A DNA stretch of 64,000 bases from Trichoplax adhaerens (taxonomy: Eukaryota > Animalia > Placozoa). A program made the position numbers and the translations under genes. Within the stretch, counting starts at the first letter, position 1. Every line of letters starts with the position of its first letter. The stretch is taken from contig NW_002060976.1 in NCBI RefSeq assembly GCF_000150275.1, positions 5,626-69,625 on the forward strand, read 5' to 3'. Below are positions 58,992 through 64,000 of the stretch, one piece after another. The notes below the pieces were generated by a model. That model had not been told where the DNA came from and did not search any database. It saw only the letters and a program-made list of their open reading frames with translations.

Positions 58992-59093
58992 AGAATCGCA
59001 CAAACAGAATTAAAACGATATCACCCTCTTCAATAATTCAATCCGTTTGTGCGATTCTATATAAATTTATTGAAGAGGATGATATCGTTTTAA
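58992..59093. repeat. Interleaved (A-B-A'-B') double inverted repeat
   Basis: A 58992-59005 AGAATCGCACAAAC with A' 59045-59058 (perfect, 14 bp); B 59010-59036 with B' 59067-59093 (27 bp, 1 mismatch). Confidence 0.9.
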
Positions 59094-59274
59094 CCCTATT
59101 TCTTCTTGGCCAATTGATTGATGAAGTATCAATTTAAAGATTGAATCCTTGATTACCTTGGAGTAGAGACTACTCAACTCAAAATTTTCTCCTGTTCCTC
59201 ACTGCTCGTTGTTGAAACTGCGGTTTTTCCATGATGTTCCTTGGGGAAATTTTGGGTGAAGTAGCTTACCTCCT

Positions 59275-59800
59275 TCGAGTAAGCTTTCAATGCATTTTAA
59301 AGTGTTTGAGAATGAGTAGAACAAATAAATCGTTTTTGAAAATAGAACCCATGATAATATTGTTTCAGTCCTGTCTCTTTAGGCACTAGATTGCTACAGT
59401 ATAAATTAGAAGATGGAATCCATGATAGCTATCGAATAACCTTTTAATGCATCTTTAAAATGTTTGTGAATGAGTATAGTACAAGTATAGAATATATAAA
59501 TTATTTTAAGTATAGAACCCATGATCATATCGTTTAGCCCTGTTTCTTTGGGTAATTGATTGCCATCGAATAAACTTTTAATGCATTTTTAAAGTGTTTG
59601 AGAATGAGTAGAACAAATAATTCGTTTTTAAAATAGAACCCATGATGATACTGTTTTAGCCCTGTCTCTTTGGGCTATTGATTGCTAAAGTATGAATTTG
59701 AAGATGGAATCCATGATTGCTATCGAATAACCTTTTAATGCATTTTTAAAGTCGTTGGGAATGAGTAAAACAAATAAATCGTTTAAAACTAGAACCCATG
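59275..59800. repeat. Degenerate tandem repeat, about 4 units of 135-160 bp
   Basis: AATGCATTTT(T)AAAGTGTTTGAGAATGAGTAGAACAAATAA...TAGAACCCATGA at ~59288, 59445, 59580, 59737. Confidence 0.9.
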
Positions 59801-61399
59801 ACTTTGATTCTAATCTGACCGTCAATGGTAGCTAAATAGGCTAAGATGGACTAACAAATCATAGCCATGAAAATTAAAGCTAACCAAGATGAATCACAAT
59901 TGAATTCATTTTGTCATCGTCTACATGCTAAGAATTATTTCAAAGTCATGGTTGATTGTCCATAATTTCTCACCTCGAAATAGTTCAAAGGATCATCCTA
60001 TCTGATTTTAGAATGATAATCCCATCATAGCTCATTAAATGCAGAGTGAATACTATCCAGATCAAATTTTATTGTTAAGAAACCACAAGTTACTCTATCA
60101 CCATTGAAATTATAAGTACACGTTCAAAAACAAAACATTATATCGGAGAGATATCCAAGAATTTATTATCATTCACTCCGTAGTAATTCCATTTCCCAAG
60201 CTAAGTAACACAACGTGTAATATTCTACGTGTAATAAATGCACTGACAGCATAGGAGCTTCTAACGTTCATTGGACCTAATTGCAGGTAATATCTAATCT
60301 AGTTTTGATCGATCTCCTCGTAAGAATGATCAAGATTACTATATTTCTCTGTATCTTGTCATAGGAGTGATGCCATGACAAGTTTCTTGTGGTCCACTTT
60401 AAAGTCTTATGCGATGAAATTTAGCTTGTATCCCGCTGGAAGCTTTCAAACTGCAATACTAACTAGTCCTAAATTAAGCACCAAAATAAGATGATGATCT
60501 TGATGACATTGTAAAACATTCAACTAGAAAGCGTAGTCAGAAATCGGATTCTTGCACTAGTCCATCATTCGTATAATATTAAGTTACACTATATCCAAAA
60601 TTTCACTGATAAAAACTTGAAGAACGAGTTGATAAAATGTTATTCTAAAAGTAAAGAGTAAAAGACCTTATAACTTGCATGAGTTTGTTCATTTTAAGGT
60701 ATACCAATGCCAATGTCTATGCATACTAGTATATCATTTGCTGTTTGTCAATTTCTTTATTAAAGGCAGCACTACGTACAGTATATTAAATTCGACGCAT
60801 GGATTATAAAATCCCCTCCTGTTGGTGTCAAAAATCATACATAGATTTAAAGAAGATCAATTGAAACAATGAATAAAATAACCTTTAAAAGTTATAAGTG
60901 AAACAGGATCGTTAATTAATATTAACAATAAGAAAACCAAGATTGGATGAAATGCTTACTTACAGTAAAGAAATTTTATCTACGGAAATCACATTTGCTT
61001 TTAAGAGTTGATATAAAAATATTCACTATAGGATCTTTTATTACACAGGGACAACAGAACATTACTGTAGCATGAACAATTGCTGCTGTACATCTAGATA
61101 TTCATGAATATTGACCAAATCAATTCAATTATACTTTCGACCATCGAGAGGTAAAAATTCTATGATGTAGACCGATTTTCGTCATCATGACCTCGAGAAT
61201 GTGCAATAACAGGGCCGCAGATACTCAACGGAGATGGTATAATTGTTTGTAAGAAGTGCTTCTCCGTTTAGGTATTTCTAGAACTTTTGTCAAATTGTTC
61301 AATTTATATCAAAATTCGACGATTGATCACTGTTAGAGTGATCCAAATAGTAACACAACAATCCATATTCGAGGGAGATACAATCATTTATTTCTATTC

Positions 61400-63900
61400 G
61401 GCATCCTAAAAGCTTTGTTGATTGGATGTATTCTATTCAGTTCGGATTATAATTCTACTTTACCTTAACGAAATGGAATAAAATAACACAGCTATTAGTT
61501 TAAACTAAACTTCAGAGGATGTAAAGCATGAAGTAATGGATTAATCGATTTGGCTACTGCAGTTTATCCAGATATATAGAGTTAGCAACCGGTGTATGAA
61601 GGTCTAAAATGGCTCATTAACAGTAACTTGTACTGATATAGCTGTTTGCTAGCGACTGTAGTAATGGAGTATGCCATTCCATTGCATGACAATTTCAGTA
61701 CCAAATAGCACGAGTTGTAGTGTATTAACGACTATATCATTCGCCAATGATATTTTAAAATTCTATTGGCAGTTTATAAAGAGTTTAATTCAAATATTGG
61801 CCAGTCGCAATACACCATTTCATTCAGCTGAGGATTAAAGGTTGTTTGTTGTAGATTATCTATCACTGGGAAATCTTTGTAACTGAACTTGGAACAGATT
61901 GATTTAATCTAGAAGTTACTTGAGTCTGTCGGTTTTGGAGGCTTTCATGACGGTATATCTTTCGCTAGGTGTGGCAAATCAGGTAAAGATAGTTACAGTA
62001 CGTGCTCTAGAGACCATTAAGACTCTCTAAGGGTCTCCAATGTGCTCTGGTTCTGATTAGTAAAGTACAGTCATTAATGATTGAATTTTAGTCTTAAAAG
62101 CTATTAAAGCAATGACTGTAATTACCAAATAGTAATTCTATTTGTTTGGCAGAGAGTAAAATTAATTTGAAAGTTTCCTACTTTGGTAAAAAGCAGACGA
62201 GAAAATATTGCAACATTCTTTTTGGTACCTACAGTCTTTACTACAAAAACTTTTCAGATCCAAATTTATCCAAATTTGCATACTGTTCATTTGGCTGACA
62301 ATAAAATTAATTAACTTGAAAGCTGTCTACTTTGCGAGAAAACATTGCGCTATTCATTATTGGTAATTACACTGATTATTACAATCCCTTTTCAGAGCAA
62401 ACTTTATCCAAATCGGCATATTATTCATTTGGTTGAGAATAACAGTAACTTGAAAGCTGTCTACTTGGCAGGAAAATATTGCGCTATTCTTTCTAGCTAT
62501 GGTGATTTATTACAATCACTTTTCAGACCAAAATTTATCCAAATTGGAATACTATTCCTTTGGCTGAGGATGAAATTAACTGGAAGGTTGTCTACTTTGG
62601 TAAAAAGCAGAAGATAAAACATAGCGCTATGCTTAAAGAAGAATAAACAGGAAGGTGTTAACTCCAGTTGAATCTATCACTGTCAAATCTAATTCTAAAT
62701 TAGGGGTATTACCAAGTGTCGTTGAGAGATTGCTTGGTTTTACAGTAAGTTTTTATTAGCACACTATACAACTATCTTTTATTTAGATTTTCTGCTAGAA
62801 ATTATCGCTATGTAACAATATCATGGATTAGGAATGCTTAGTTTTATAAGAAATAATTATTGATAAGGTTATGTTGAGTAAGGCTTCTTGATTTTAAACA
62901 AATGTATTAGAGTCAAGTAGAAATCATAATTAGCTAGTGAACGATAAAAAAAAACTAGATCATTCTTTTATAAACCAAAATATTTGTACTGTAGTCGGCT
63001 GGAATTGCATTTTAAGAATTATGGTAGATGGTTATCATGTACAAGCATTCTAGCAAATTTAATGATAGACACAAGCGTAGTTGCAGTGAAGCTAATTATA
63101 CGCTTTTGCAACACTTCTGAAATCGATGGATTACTTTCCTTACTTCATCAAACTTGATGAACCTTGTTTTAACGCTACTCGTACATTGTAACATAACCCA
63201 AAGTGATCCACATTAGCATTTTATTCAAACTAAAACCTAGACACAAAGTGTAGAGATGCATCTCATATTGGATTACATTGATAGCTATATTTGATATCAT
63301 TCGATTTCAAAGATTTGATACTCGTATTATTAGCCAGTTTGCTATCGCATGATAATAGATCGATGCGACTTGATATCCTGTCATTGTGAAGACACCGGAT
63401 ACCTTCAAATGATGATGTTGGACATAATAGAAGATTAACGATATGTTTTTAGGTAGATTGAATTATACCGTAAAACATAGTGATGGTCTATTTAAGCAAG
63501 CATCTTCTGTTTCATAACTTAAGTTTGATATTAGGCAACTTAGTTACAGTAAATAGATTAAACGAATTGTACAAGAACTGATGAGATGAGCTTAGAGGAT
63601 ATTAAAATTCACTTCTTTTGATCTCAGGATACATTAGATTAGGCTCTTCCCCTGATTCATTTTTTGCCCTACTATCCTTAAAGTCAGCTGAAAAAGCCTT
63701 TTTTTTCTAAATTCTATCAGCTAGAGACAATTACTATGTGTGATAATTAGATTTAGATTGGATATACTTTTATAACAATGAATCCATTTTTAGACAATTG
63801 TTGCCTTTCTATTAAATAAGCAATCAAGCCATTAACGATAATGCTTTAGCGATCAATCCTTGGACCAAGGATTATTTCAAAGGTTAAGGATAACTAAAAC
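61400..63900 (+). pseudogene. Possible heavily decayed leucine-rich-repeat gene
   Basis: Scattered LRR-like fragments across frames (WNKITQL ~61475; LEQIDLI*KLLESVGFGGF ~61890; NLSKL ~62530; LDWIYFYNNE ~63753); no continuous ORF. Confidence 0.25.
62140..62625 (+). repeat. Degenerate repeat, 3-4 units of about 120-170 bp; possibly decayed LRR coding sequence
   Basis: TTTCAGAxxAAAxTTTATCCAAAT...CATTTGGxTGAxAAT...AACTTGAAAGCTGTCTACTT repeated at ~62270, 62390, 62520. Confidence 0.7.
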
Positions 63901-64000
63901 CAAGGACGAACGCTAGTTTGATCTACGTACAATCAGTACTGTACTATGCAATCGCGATATTTCTGTCCTTAACTACGTAACCAATATCGTCGACGACTTC

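Overview
AT-rich eukaryotic genomic DNA with many short GT-AG introns. Gene content and style suggest a non-bilaterian animal, probably a placozoan such as Trichoplax; this is an inference. The left part (about 0.4-36 kb) is a birth-and-death cluster of minus-strand Apaf-1-like NB-ARC/beta-propeller genes. It holds two apparently intact ~19-exon genes (415-10676 and 13562-23592), at least three decayed paralogue remnants (one with a CARD-like exon), and a 42-aa-repeat TPR pseudogene carrying Helitron-like 3' ends. Main finding: the orphan ORFs of 467 aa and 440 aa are not stand-alone genes. Each has a phase-1 splice donor that joins in frame to the NB-ARC P-loop exon. These receptors therefore carry an unrecognised ~450-aa single-exon N-terminal module (helical domain with a hydrophobic hairpin, then a coiled-coil stalk) where Apaf-1 has a CARD. 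The right part is a conserved housekeeping block: NPRL3 (multi-exon, reconstructed by hand), intronless mago nashi, an ARL4-like GTPase with Asn at the catalytic switch-II Gln position, and TMEM245. It also contains a homogeneous 197-bp tandem array, several degenerate tandem repeats, a crossed A-B-A'-B' inverted repeat and a possible decayed LRR gene. All translations and alignments were done by eye; no database search was run.
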